Source of the DNA: Rickettsiaceae bacterium
GTDB taxonomy: Bacteria > Pseudomonadota > Alphaproteobacteria > Rickettsiales > Rickettsiaceae
Direction of reading: 5' to 3'
Length of the DNA: 64,000 nucleotides
Assembly (NCBI GenBank): GCA_963676335.1
Contig: OY781057.1
Span: forward strand, 783,047 to 847,046
The notes beneath the pieces were generated by a model. That model was not told where the DNA came from. It did not search any database and saw only the letters and a list, made by a program, of their open reading frames with translations. The translations under genes were made by a program, and so were the position numbers. Below, in pieces: positions 10,320-19,260 of the stretch (its first letter is position 1; each line of letters opens with the position of its first letter).

Positions 10320-10740
10320 TATAATGAACCAATAAAGGTTAGACCAAAAAACAATAGGAGATTCGACAAAATGTTAATAAGAAACATAAAAAAAGATATA
10401 AAAAATGAGCAAACAGCAATTGCAGTAGAATCAATAAAATATTTACCAGTTTTTCACCGAATGTGATTATAATTAGTTAAGGAGTTTATTGCTAAATCTA
10501 AGATAGAATTGGTATTTTTACTTCCATATAGCCTCAATTTGAATCCAATTGAACGATTATGGAAGTTAATGCACAGAATTTTCATCCGCAATTGATAAAT
10601 TTTTCAATAATATTTATCTATAATGCGGTCTTTGATTAATGACAATTTTCAAACCCTTACTTTTGATCATTTTATCAATTCTTTAGGTTAAGTGAGTATA
10701 CCCGTCTACCAATTTTTGAAGTGTGGCGAGTACATCACAA
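10320..10740 (+). pseudogene. IS630/Tc1-mariner-family transposase remnant with terminal repeat (copy B at 10702-10737)
   Basis: The plus strand reads KEFIAKSKIELVFLLPYSLNLNPIERLWKLMH, which is the DDE region motif PPYSP.LNPIE..W. It is broken by stops and frameshifts on both sides. Confidence 0.75.
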
Positions 10741-10790
10741 CCTAACCTACTGATACCCTACTGATACATTTGGTATATCACAAAGCAAAA

Positions 10791-11402
10791 TTATATCTTT
10801 TCACGTAATTTTGATAAAAGGTTAAAAAATCCTTGTGTATCAATGATGCTTGTAAATTCACTTTGTTGAGATCTAATTAAACTAATTCCCTCTGTAATTA
10901 CATCAAAAATTTTAAAAACTTCAGTTTTATTGCCTATAGTATGCACTAAATAATCTATAGTAATTTTACTATAATTATTATTATTTTGAATAATCTCAGT
11001 TTTTACTACAAATGCATTTTTTTCTAATCTTGATACTTGTTTTACATTAACTTTTTGCCCATAATACTTTTTTACAACTGAACTATAACTTTTTACTAAA
11101 TAATCACTATATAGTATAATAAATTTATTAAGTTGATCATCTGATAATTCAAATATTTTTCGTCCTAATGTTAGTTTAGCCATATAAGGAAGATCTAGAT
11201 TTTCCGATAATAGTTGACGAGAATTTGCAATTTTTTGCTCAGTAGTTAGCATCTGATTATTTAATGTGTCAAAAGTTTCGTTCATTAATTTTGTTATATA
11301 ATTTTCTACTTCTAATAATGAAGTTTCTGCATAACTAAAATTTGATTGAACAATAAAAATTATCCACAACAAAACCTTACATAAAAATTTATACTTTGAC
11401 AT
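10791..11402 (-). CDS. mlaC: Phospholipid-binding protein MlaC (Ttg2D family)
   Basis: Signal peptide, YMAKLTLGRKIFELSDDQ..F...Y pattern, and adjacency to mlaA. Confidence 0.75.
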   Translation of the reverse strand: MSKYKFLCKVLLWIIFIVQSNFSYAETSLLEVENYITKLMNETFDTLNNQMLTTEQKIANSRQLLSENLDLPYMAKLTLGRKIFELSDDQLNKFIILYSDYLVKSYSSVVKKYYGQKVNVKQVSRLEKNAFVVKTEIIQNNNNYSKITIDYLVHTIGNKTEVFKIFDVITEGISLIRSQQSEFTSIIDTQGFFNLLSKLREKI

Positions 11403-11410
11403 GATTTTTT

Positions 11411-12166
11411 TTATTTAATATAACAAATTGATTTATATGGATATAATACATGATTTTGACGATTTTTCCATATATATTCACGAATAACTATATAAGGATC
11501 TAAAGCAGTATTTGTAACATAATCAGTAAATTCTAATATTTTTTCTCTTGTAGAAATTACACGTACTACACTTATAGTACGTCTAGTTCTTTTATCAATG
11601 TTTAATTTTAATGGATTTAAATAAGTATTAAATGATATAACGTCTAACATATCTCTTGCATTTGTTGACCCTAAAATTGGCAATACAAGATAAGGTCCAG
11701 GAGGTACTCCATAATATGCTAATGTATCTCCAAAAGTTTGAAGCTTATAGTTAATACCAAATTTACTAGCAACATCATATATTCCTCCAATTCCTAAAGT
11801 CGCATTAATTATAAAATGCCAAAAACTATTTAAAGCCTCTCTCCCATTAAATTGAAAAACATTATTTACTACTGTTACTGGAGATTCTACGTTATTTACA
11901 AAGTTCCAAACTCTATCTTTTAAGTAATCATTTAATAAAAATTTATATACTTTTGCAGCAGGACGTAATGTTATAGTGTCTAAAAACCCATTAAATACAA
12001 ATATTTTTCTATTAATACCCTCTAACGGATCATATGGATCGTCACATATGTTTTTATTTTGATAAGGATACTCATCTCCTAGATCATAAGCTTTTATCTC
12101 ACAATTAAAAAATAATAAACAAATAAAACCACTTATTATTTTATTTCTTATTGATGAATATACCAT
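11411..12166 (-). CDS. mlaA: Lipoprotein MlaA/VacJ
   Basis: DPLEGINRKIFVFNGFLDTITLRPAAKVY is the VacJ signature. A lipobox-like LFFNC is present. Confidence 0.85.
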   Translation of the reverse strand: MVYSSIRNKIISGFICLLFFNCEIKAYDLGDEYPYQNKNICDDPYDPLEGINRKIFVFNGFLDTITLRPAAKVYKFLLNDYLKDRVWNFVNNVESPVTVVNNVFQFNGREALNSFWHFIINATLGIGGIYDVASKFGINYKLQTFGDTLAYYGVPPGPYLVLPILGSTNARDMLDVISFNTYLNPLKLNIDKRTRRTISVVRVISTREKILEFTDYVTNTALDPYIVIREYIWKNRQNHVLYPYKSICYIK

Positions 12167-13130
12167 ACATTATTCCTTTAATTTCAATACAAGTATATTT
12201 GGCTAAAGAAAAACCGCAACTTTTTAATTGTTGTTTTATTTCAGTCGCTTTATAAAAGAAATACATTTTATTATTACTAATATCCAAATTTTCATGAATA
12301 GGTAATACAACTGCGAAAATTCCATCAGAATATAATAAAGAAAATATTTTTGCAAAAGAATCAAGTAAATTTTTTTTGTAATATAAGGTATTGAAGCTTA
12401 TTATTAGATTATAGCATTCATTATCTTGTTCTAAATACTCTTCGATACTAACATTTAGTATGTTATCGTATAGGTTAGTATTTTTTAAAGTATGTAAATA
12501 ATTAATAATTTCTGAATTTTCTTCGATACCACATAAAAAATAACGTTTAAATATATGATTCTGCAGCTCTTCTCCTAAAAAACCCTCTTTACATCCTAAA
12601 TCAAGAATACGATAGTTGTTATCAATTGGAATTTCCTTAATTTCTTCTAAAATTAACTTTATAAATTGATATGGTAGAGAAATCTTACTTCGAAAAAAGT
12701 TATTTATATAATATGAGGCAATCAATGAAGTATATTGTTGTCGAATCTCCTTAGGAATAAATTGATAAACACGATAATTATTTAAATATTGAACTAATTC
12801 TTTAGAAGAATTAGTTAAATTGAAATAATTTACTGACTTGTTGTATTTATCATAAATCAAGTAGCACCATCCTAACCAATAATAACATTCTAATCTTATC
12901 GAAGGAAAAATTTTTGCTGTAATGTAAAACCGAATAATTGCATCAAAAATATTACCTTTCTTTAAATGAAAAATTCCTAATTCTAAATTAGTATGTTCTA
13001 AATTTTTAATTTTCAATTTTATACTTTTAAAAAAGTTAATAAAAGCAATGAATTTAACCATTACAACATTAGGAAAATCAACTATCTCCTTTATTACTTT
13101 TTTACTATTTGATACTAAAGTAGAAAACAT
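12141..13130 (-). CDS. Class I SAM-dependent methyltransferase with a TPR-like N-terminal region
   Basis: ILDLGCKEGFLG is motif I. The N-terminal helical repeats are YYWLGWCYLIYDKYNKSVNYF. Confidence 0.65.
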   Translation of the reverse strand: MFSTLVSNSKKVIKEIVDFPNVVMVKFIAFINFFKSIKLKIKNLEHTNLELGIFHLKKGNIFDAIIRFYITAKIFPSIRLECYYWLGWCYLIYDKYNKSVNYFNLTNSSKELVQYLNNYRVYQFIPKEIRQQYTSLIASYYINNFFRSKISLPYQFIKLILEEIKEIPIDNNYRILDLGCKEGFLGEELQNHIFKRYFLCGIEENSEIINYLHTLKNTNLYDNILNVSIEEYLEQDNECYNLIISFNTLYYKKNLLDSFAKIFSLLYSDGIFAVVLPIHENLDISNNKMYFFYKATEIKQQLKSCGFSLAKYTCIEIKGIMYGIFINKK

Positions 13131-13207
13131 AATTATTTAATTTGTATAAAAAATATAATAGATTATATACAAAATTCAAAAAGATGCCAAGTTGTAAGAA
13201 TTAATAT

Positions 13208-13638
13208 TTATCTGTATGTTGGTATTTTTAATTTTTCAGTAACACTAGGTGTATATGTAAAAATTTTTATGTCTCCATTAGGCTTTTTTATTTTTATAGC
13301 TACTTGATCCTCTATATCGTAAGAAAAAATTTGTTGTCCATTACGCAATCCAGCTTTATATGCAGTAGAATTAGGGACTACACCAATAATTTCTCCATCA
13401 ATCATTGTATTTTTTAAGTCAAAACCATAGTTGAACTTTTTTTCAAAAATATGTTTTGTATTTGCTCTCCAGCGTTTGTTCCCCAAATTTCATTAGGAAT
13501 CTCTAATAAACCTTGCGTATTAGGAAATTGCCCTCTAATTTTAAGCTTATCATTTTCATGTATTACCGTGTAACTAATCTCGGAAAAACAAACACTATTA
13601 GTAAGTAGTAATATTACAAATATAAATGCTTTAATCAC
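13208..13638 (-). pseudogene. Secreted PDZ-like small protein split by an apparent 1-nt frameshift. It is the third gene of the radical-SAM operon.
   Basis: ORF 13414-13638 has a signal peptide (M)IKAFIFVILLLTNSVCFSE. The overlapping ORF 13208-13486 has the PDZ-like GEIIGVVPNSTAYKAGLRNGQQI. The GTG start overlaps the radical-SAM TGA stop (GTGA). An A7 tract at about 13434-13440 lies in the overlap of the two frames. Confidence 0.6.
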
Positions 13639-14783
13639 GAAAAAAGCGCTGACTCAATTTTAGACAAAGAAACTCCGGAATTTAATAAGTAACTAGTAAG
13701 ATGAGAAAAAAGATCCTTTAGTCCCTCACAATAAACAGAAGGGTTATTAAATCTGTTTTCTTTGCTAAAACGATTTACTAATCCACCTCCACCACAAACT
13801 TTTCCCCAACAACATTTTTGACATTCTAAAGGTAAAACAGTCTGTGCTAATCTAAGTTCTTCAAAAATAGGATGTTTTAAAAAATCTTTTAGTGAAGTAT
13901 TGAAAATATTACAATTAGTTTTAGTTACCGTTTCTGGATCTGTTGACATTAACTCATCAGTAGGTTCTAAATCACCATTACTACGAATAGTAATTATTGG
14001 GAACAAACTTTCTTCATTCTCTTGATTTACTGCTCCAATTCCATAAATGAGCCTTTCTTCTCCAATTAATTGTCCTAAAAACGACCTTAATGTTCTAATG
14101 TTTATTTTAAGATCATCATCTTTAATCAATTCATAAAATACATCTACCAAAACTTTTGTATAATTTAATAAACTATTATTAGGCTTACGATCATGAGTAT
14201 AATCAGACAACAAAAGATCAAAATTATAAATTTTTAAATCATCAACAAAATGTCTATAAATCTTTTTTCCATCTGAACTAGAATTAATTACAGATAATGT
14301 ACCAAGTCTAGGTATATTATTTTCCTGTAAAAGATATATTTTTTTTACTAAATTATCATATGTACCTTTCCCATTTGGATATATGCGATTTTGATTATGT
14401 ATTTCTTTTGGACCATCGATACTTACACCAATATTAACGTTATACTTAATAAATAAATCTATCCATTCTTTATCTATCAATAAGCCATTAGTTTGCAAAT
14501 GAAATTGCAGAACAATATCATTAAAACCTTCTATAAGTGTGTCACATAGATAAGAAAAATTTTCTTTTCCAACAAGAAGTGTTTCCCCACCATGCAAAGA
14601 AACAACTAACTTCTTAATATTTAACTCATCTATCCCTTGCTTTAAAAAAGCATAAATTTTATTAATAGTAGATTTAGAAACATAAGGAGGATGGTCCTTA
14701 TGAGAAACATCCAATCCTTTAAAAAAATAACAATATCTACAACCTAAGATGCATCTTTCAGCAACTTTGATAATTACTTCCAT
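13635..14783 (-). CDS. Radical SAM / SPASM-domain peptide-modifying enzyme (AslB/anSME-like superfamily; no N-terminal RRE visible)
   Basis: CILGCRYCYF is a CxxxCxxC motif at residues 11-18. Other motifs are SLHGGETLL and VSIDGPKEIHNQNRIYPNGKGTYDNL. The C-terminal auxiliary-cluster Cys motif is CQKCCWGKVCGGGG...VYCEG. Confidence 0.85.
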   Translation of the reverse strand: MEVIIKVAERCILGCRYCYFFKGLDVSHKDHPPYVSKSTINKIYAFLKQGIDELNIKKLVVSLHGGETLLVGKENFSYLCDTLIEGFNDIVLQFHLQTNGLLIDKEWIDLFIKYNVNIGVSIDGPKEIHNQNRIYPNGKGTYDNLVKKIYLLQENNIPRLGTLSVINSSSDGKKIYRHFVDDLKIYNFDLLLSDYTHDRKPNNSLLNYTKVLVDVFYELIKDDDLKINIRTLRSFLGQLIGEERLIYGIGAVNQENEESLFPIITIRSNGDLEPTDELMSTDPETVTKTNCNIFNTSLKDFLKHPIFEELRLAQTVLPLECQKCCWGKVCGGGGLVNRFSKENRFNNPSVYCEGLKDLFSHLTSYLLNSGVSLSKIESALFS

Positions 14784-14792
14784 AAAACATCA

Positions 14793-15002
14793 TTAACTAC
14801 ATCTACTCCAACTAACTCTAGCATGACTACATTGAGGATAATAAGATTTTACTTCATCACCCTTTTTATGTGTCTCAACAATAACGTCTTGAGCAATTGC
14901 TTTATTTACCTTTTCTTCTTTAGGGTTTTTATCTAATTTTTTTATATCTATACCTTTAGTAAGCATTTGTGCGCGAAACTGATCAATTTTTGAAACATTC
15001 AT
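14793..15002 (-). CDS. Candidate RiPP precursor peptide (69 aa)
   Basis: It sits 9 nt upstream of the radical-SAM gene on the same strand. A Lys/Glu-rich leader-like N-terminus is followed by the C-terminal core SYYPQCSHARVSWSRCS, ending at the stop codon. Confidence 0.6.
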   Translation of the reverse strand: MNVSKIDQFRAQMLTKGIDIKKLDKNPKEEKVNKAIAQDVIVETHKKGDEVKSYYPQCSHARVSWSRCS

Positions 15003-15015
15003 AAAATACCTTTTT

Positions 15016-15062
15016 TTATGTTACATAATCAGATTATGTAACATAAAATTTCTATCTGTCAA
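15016..15062 (-). promoter_or_regulatory. Putative sigma70-type promoter with an overlapping perfect palindromic operator
   Basis: On the minus strand, TTGACA (15062-15057) is followed by a 16-18 nt spacer and then TACATAAT. The palindrome ttatgttacataat-cag-attatgtaacataa (15016-15046) has 14-bp perfect arms and lies 14 nt upstream of the peptide ATG. Confidence 0.5.
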
Positions 15063-15092
15063 TAATTTCAATTAATAAGAAAATAAAATTTT

Positions 15093-16493
15093 TTACCACC
15101 ATCCTAAATAATGCCACCAAAAAGCTCCTATTGTAGACCAAATTAGAATATTTACAAAACTTACGATAGCTCCGATTTTCCACCATTCTTGAATTGATAA
15201 GTATCCAGATTCGTAAAAAACGGGAGCAGAGCCTATACTAAAGTGAGTTAATCCACCAGATAATATAGAGAAATAAGCTAAACACATAGCTACTAGTATT
15301 TTTGGCACTCCTAATTTTATTAATAAAATAGCAAATGCTACATATAACACAGTTGCATGTGCAGTTGCGCTAGCAAATATGTAATGTATATAAAAGTAAA
15401 AAAGTGCTAATATTATTGCAGATAATAAAATATAATCTACCATTATAAAATTTTGAATTTTAGTTATTATCCATTGAATAATGCCGAATTTTATTAATTT
15501 TTCAGACATCATTACTAAAATTGAGAACCATATAAAACAATCCCAAGCACTTGTTTCCTGTAATGCATCTTTCCATGACAAGCCTCCGGTTAAAATAAGT
15601 ATAGACACACCTAATAAAGCTGTAGTTGTAGCATCTATTCCTATAGATTTACCTAAAGACCAAAAAACAATTAATACGATAAATACTCCTATCATTATTA
15701 TTTCTTGAAAAGAAATTTTCTCAAATTGTTTTGTTATTTGATTTGTAGCTGCATCATATATTTTTTCTACATGCGGAGGATAAAAAAAATAAACAACGAA
15801 TGGTAATACAATTAAACTAATTAATCCAGGAACTATAGCTCCAATTGCCCAAGTTCCCCATGCAATTTCTACTCCAATTTGTTTAGCAAGACTTGCCACT
15901 AAGGGATTAGTTGCTATTGCAGTTAAAAACATAGCACTGGTTATAACATTTGATTGAAAACAAACTTGAATTAAAAATCCTCCAATCCTATTTTTTAAAT
16001 TATTCTTTTCATATTCTTCTGATAATGATTTTGCTATAGGAAAAATAATTCCCCCTCCTCGCGCTGTAGCACTAGGCATCGCAGGAGCTAATAATAATTC
16101 TGTAAATATCAAACTATATGATAATCCAAATATATTACTTCCTATTTTAGATATGAGATAATAAGCACATCTTTTTCCTAACCCTGTTTTTATAAAACCT
16201 CTCGAAATAAAAAATGCAAAAACAACCAACCAAGAAATAGACGAACTAAAAGACGCCATAACTTGTTCAAGAGGTAATGTTTGGGTAATAATGCATATAA
16301 GAGCACTCAATAATGCAATAGCTCCCATAGGATATGGATTTACTATTATAGTTGCAATCATCATAATAAAAATTATAAAAAAATGCCAAGCTACAGGAGT
16401 TAATTCTTCAGGATGAGGAATAACCCATAATATAGAACCTATGAAAAATAAGAATATAAAGATTAAAAAATTTTTACTTTTTAAAAGACTCAT
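15093..16493 (-). CDS. DASS-family anion/dicarboxylate transporter (2-oxoglutarate/malate translocator-like)
   Basis: 466 aa and polytopic. The N-terminus PHPEELTPVAWHFFIIFIMMIATIIVNPYPMGAIALL is typical of SodiT/DASS anion permeases. Confidence 0.7.
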   Translation of the reverse strand: MSLLKSKNFLIFIFLFFIGSILWVIPHPEELTPVAWHFFIIFIMMIATIIVNPYPMGAIALLSALICIITQTLPLEQVMASFSSSISWLVVFAFFISRGFIKTGLGKRCAYYLISKIGSNIFGLSYSLIFTELLLAPAMPSATARGGGIIFPIAKSLSEEYEKNNLKNRIGGFLIQVCFQSNVITSAMFLTAIATNPLVASLAKQIGVEIAWGTWAIGAIVPGLISLIVLPFVVYFFYPPHVEKIYDAATNQITKQFEKISFQEIIMIGVFIVLIVFWSLGKSIGIDATTTALLGVSILILTGGLSWKDALQETSAWDCFIWFSILVMMSEKLIKFGIIQWIITKIQNFIMVDYILLSAIILALFYFYIHYIFASATAHATVLYVAFAILLIKLGVPKILVAMCLAYFSILSGGLTHFSIGSAPVFYESGYLSIQEWWKIGAIVSFVNILIWSTIGAFWWHYLGWW

Positions 16494-16541
16494 AATTTCT
16501 TTACTTTTATTTTTAAGTTAAAATAACTCCAACTTTATTTA

Positions 16542-19202
16542 TTGTATATGGATATTAAAATCATGTTGCAAGAAAATTATTTTAAAGAAAAATATAAGTT
16601 TAATGGACTAACTCCAGTAATGCAGCAATATCTTAATGTAAAAATGCATTATCAAGATTGCTTAGTTTTATTTCGTATGGGGGATTTTTATGAATTATTC
16701 TATGAAGATGCTACAATTGTTAGTAGCGCTTTAGGATTAACATTAACAAGTCGTAATAAGAATGATGAAGATTTTATTCCTATGTGCGGAATTCCTCATC
16801 ATGCACTTGATTTATATTTAACTAGACTGATTGACTTAAATTATAAAATAGCAATTTGTGATCAAGTAGAATCAATAGAAGATGCAAAGAAAAGAGGATA
16901 TAAGGCAATAGTTAATAGAGAAGTAACTCAAGTTATTACTCCTAGCACAATTATTGATGAAAATTTAATTAATACCAAAGTTCCAAATTATTTAAGTTCT
17001 ATTGTAAACCATGATAATAATTTATTTACTATTTGCTATGTAGACCTATCTACTGGGGAATTTTGTATTATTGATGTAAACCATGCTCAATTGTATAGTT
17101 ATCTTAATAACTTATCTCCGAAAGAAATATTAATAAGTGAGCAATTAAATCAAATATCAGCACTTAAAGAATTGTTTCAGACATACAAAAAACAATTAAT
17201 TATTCAGGCAAATAGTTACTTTAGTGCAACAAAGTGTAAAAAAATTATAGAAAATTTTTATAAAATTAATACTGTTAATGCTATAGGAGAAATCAATAAT
17301 TGTCATATATCTGCTATTGGAGCTGTTTTAGAATATATAAATATAACACAAAAAAATAATCCTCCTAAATTACCTATACCTAAAATTATTGATATCTCTG
17401 GTTTTATGTTAATTGATAGCGTAACGAAACGTAATTTAGAAATAGTTCGTTCAATCGATGGTAGCTATCAAGGAAGCTTATTATCCATAATAGATTATAC
17501 ATTAACTAAGCAAGGAAGTAGATTACTTTATAAATATATCTCTAATCCTTTAGTAGATATTAATAAAATTAATAACAGATTAGAGATAATAGAATTATTA
17601 TGTAAAAATACCTCATTGAATAATAAGATTAGACCGTTATTAAAATTAAGTGGAGACATAGAACGTTCATTGGCTAAGATATCTATGCGTAGAGCTAGTC
17701 CCCAAGATTTACTCATAATCCAAAATACCATAAAATTCTCAATTCAAATAAAAGAAATAATATACAATAATTTAGGATTTAATTTACCAATTTTATTTGA
17801 AGAAATAATTCAAAATTTACCAAATGATTTAACTATATATACCATTTTAAAAGAATCTATTAAAGAAGAACCAAATAATAATGTAAATAATGGTGGTTTT
17901 ATTAAAGAAACATACCATCCAAGAGTTCAAGAACTTTCTCAATTAATAGAAAATAGCACTAATATTATTAATCAGTTGCGTATTAAATACCAAGAACAAA
18001 CTGGAATAGATAATTTAAAAATTTGTCAAAATAATATTTGGGGCTTATTTATTGAAGTATCTAATAAACAAGCATATAAAATCACTTCTGAGATTTTTTT
18101 ACATAAGCAAACAACAACTAATTCTGTTAGGTTTACTACTGAAGAACTAAAAAAATTAGATATAGACATATTAAATGCAAAAAATTTAGTTATTAATTTA
18201 GAAAAAGAATTATTTTATAAACTTTGCGATACTGTACTTCAATATAGTAGTATGATTTATAATTGTAGTAATAGTATTGCGCTACTTGATGTTTTTTGTA
18301 GCTTGTCTTATGTAGCTATGGAATATAAATACGTTAAGCCAATCATAAAGAACGATTTATCTTTTGTCATTGAAGGAGGAAAACATCCAGTAGTAGAGCA
18401 AAGCTTACTCAAAAATCAAGAACATTTCATATCTAATAACATTACTTTACTTAGAGAAAACTATGTTTTGTTACTTACAGGTCCAAATATGGCAGGGAAA
18501 AGTACATTCTTAAGACAAAATGCATTAATTGCTATACTTGCACAAATGGGTTCATTTGTACCAGCTACATACGCAGAAATTGGTATAGTTGATAAACTAT
18601 TTACTCGCATCGGAGCTAATGATGACTTAAACAAAGGACAATCAACTTTTATGGTAGAAATGGTAGAGACTTCAGCAATACTTTCTCAAGCTACAAAAAG
18701 ATCTTTAATTATTTTAGATGAAGTAGGACGGGGAACAGCAACCTACGATGGATTAGCTATTGCATGGTCAAGTTTAGAATATATTCATAATGATTTACAA
18801 TGTCGCTGCTTATTTGCTACTCATTATCATGAATTAACTGATTTATCAAAAACATTATCATTTTTAAAAAATTATACAATATTAGTTAAAGAACTTGAAG
18901 ATAAAATTATCTTTTTGCATAAAATTATCGAAGGTATCGCAGATAAATCCTATGGTATTCATGTTGCACAACTTGCTGGAATTCCTAATATAGTTTTAAA
19001 AAGAGCAAATCTTATATTATCTTTATTAGAAAAACAAAATAACAAAATTTCCAATCTCGAAGATTTCGAAAAAAATATTTCTAATCCTGGTAATCAAAAA
19101 TACAATACAGTTGTAGAATCTATTAAATATGTTAATTTAGATACTTTAACTCCAAAACAAGCTTTAGATTTTTTATATAAACTAAAAGATGAGTGTAAAT
19201 AA
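16542..19202 (+). CDS. mutS: DNA mismatch repair protein MutS (the likely start is ATG 16548 or a slightly later Met)
   Basis: TPVMQQYLNVK, FRMGDFYELF, Walker A GPNMAGKST, STFMVEM and DEVGRGT motifs. Confidence 0.95.
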   Translation: MYMDIKIMLQENYFKEKYKFNGLTPVMQQYLNVKMHYQDCLVLFRMGDFYELFYEDATIVSSALGLTLTSRNKNDEDFIPMCGIPHHALDLYLTRLIDLNYKIAICDQVESIEDAKKRGYKAIVNREVTQVITPSTIIDENLINTKVPNYLSSIVNHDNNLFTICYVDLSTGEFCIIDVNHAQLYSYLNNLSPKEILISEQLNQISALKELFQTYKKQLIIQANSYFSATKCKKIIENFYKINTVNAIGEINNCHISAIGAVLEYINITQKNNPPKLPIPKIIDISGFMLIDSVTKRNLEIVRSIDGSYQGSLLSIIDYTLTKQGSRLLYKYISNPLVDINKINNRLEIIELLCKNTSLNNKIRPLLKLSGDIERSLAKISMRRASPQDLLIIQNTIKFSIQIKEIIYNNLGFNLPILFEEIIQNLPNDLTIYTILKESIKEEPNNNVNNGGFIKETYHPRVQELSQLIENSTNIINQLRIKYQEQTGIDNLKICQNNIWGLFIEVSNKQAYKITSEIFLHKQTTTNSVRFTTEELKKLDIDILNAKNLVINLEKELFYKLCDTVLQYSSMIYNCSNSIALLDVFCSLSYVAMEYKYVKPIIKNDLSFVIEGGKHPVVEQSLLKNQEHFISNNITLLRENYVLLLTGPNMAGKSTFLRQNALIAILAQMGSFVPATYAEIGIVDKLFTRIGANDDLNKGQSTFMVEMVETSAILSQATKRSLIILDEVGRGTATYDGLAIAWSSLEYIHNDLQCRCLFATHYHELTDLSKTLSFLKNYTILVKELEDKIIFLHKIIEGIADKSYGIHVAQLAGIPNIVLKRANLILSLLEKQNNKISNLEDFEKNISNPGNQKYNTVVESIKYVNLDTLTPKQALDFLYKLKDECK

Positions 19203-19260
19203 GTATTGATAAAGTATATCATATGTCATAAAACTATAATTAAATAATTATATAAAAATT

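Noticed and set aside
10740-10790. Direct repeat cctactgata x2 and an imperfect palindrome before the mlaC stop, as a possible terminator or tRNA fragment
   Set aside because: The stem is too short and imperfect, there is no T-run, and there is no cloverleaf-compatible structure. It is probably the eroded outer edge of the IS630 remnant.
14793-15002. Reading the peptide/rSAM pair as a sulfatase plus an anaerobic sulfatase-maturating enzyme
   Set aside because: The peptide contains C-S-H-A-R. This is close to the formylglycine motif C/S-x-P/A-x-R but does not fit it, because position 3 is His. The ORF is only 69 aa, and no sulfatase domain is encoded nearby. I kept this only as an alternative to be excluded by HMM classification.
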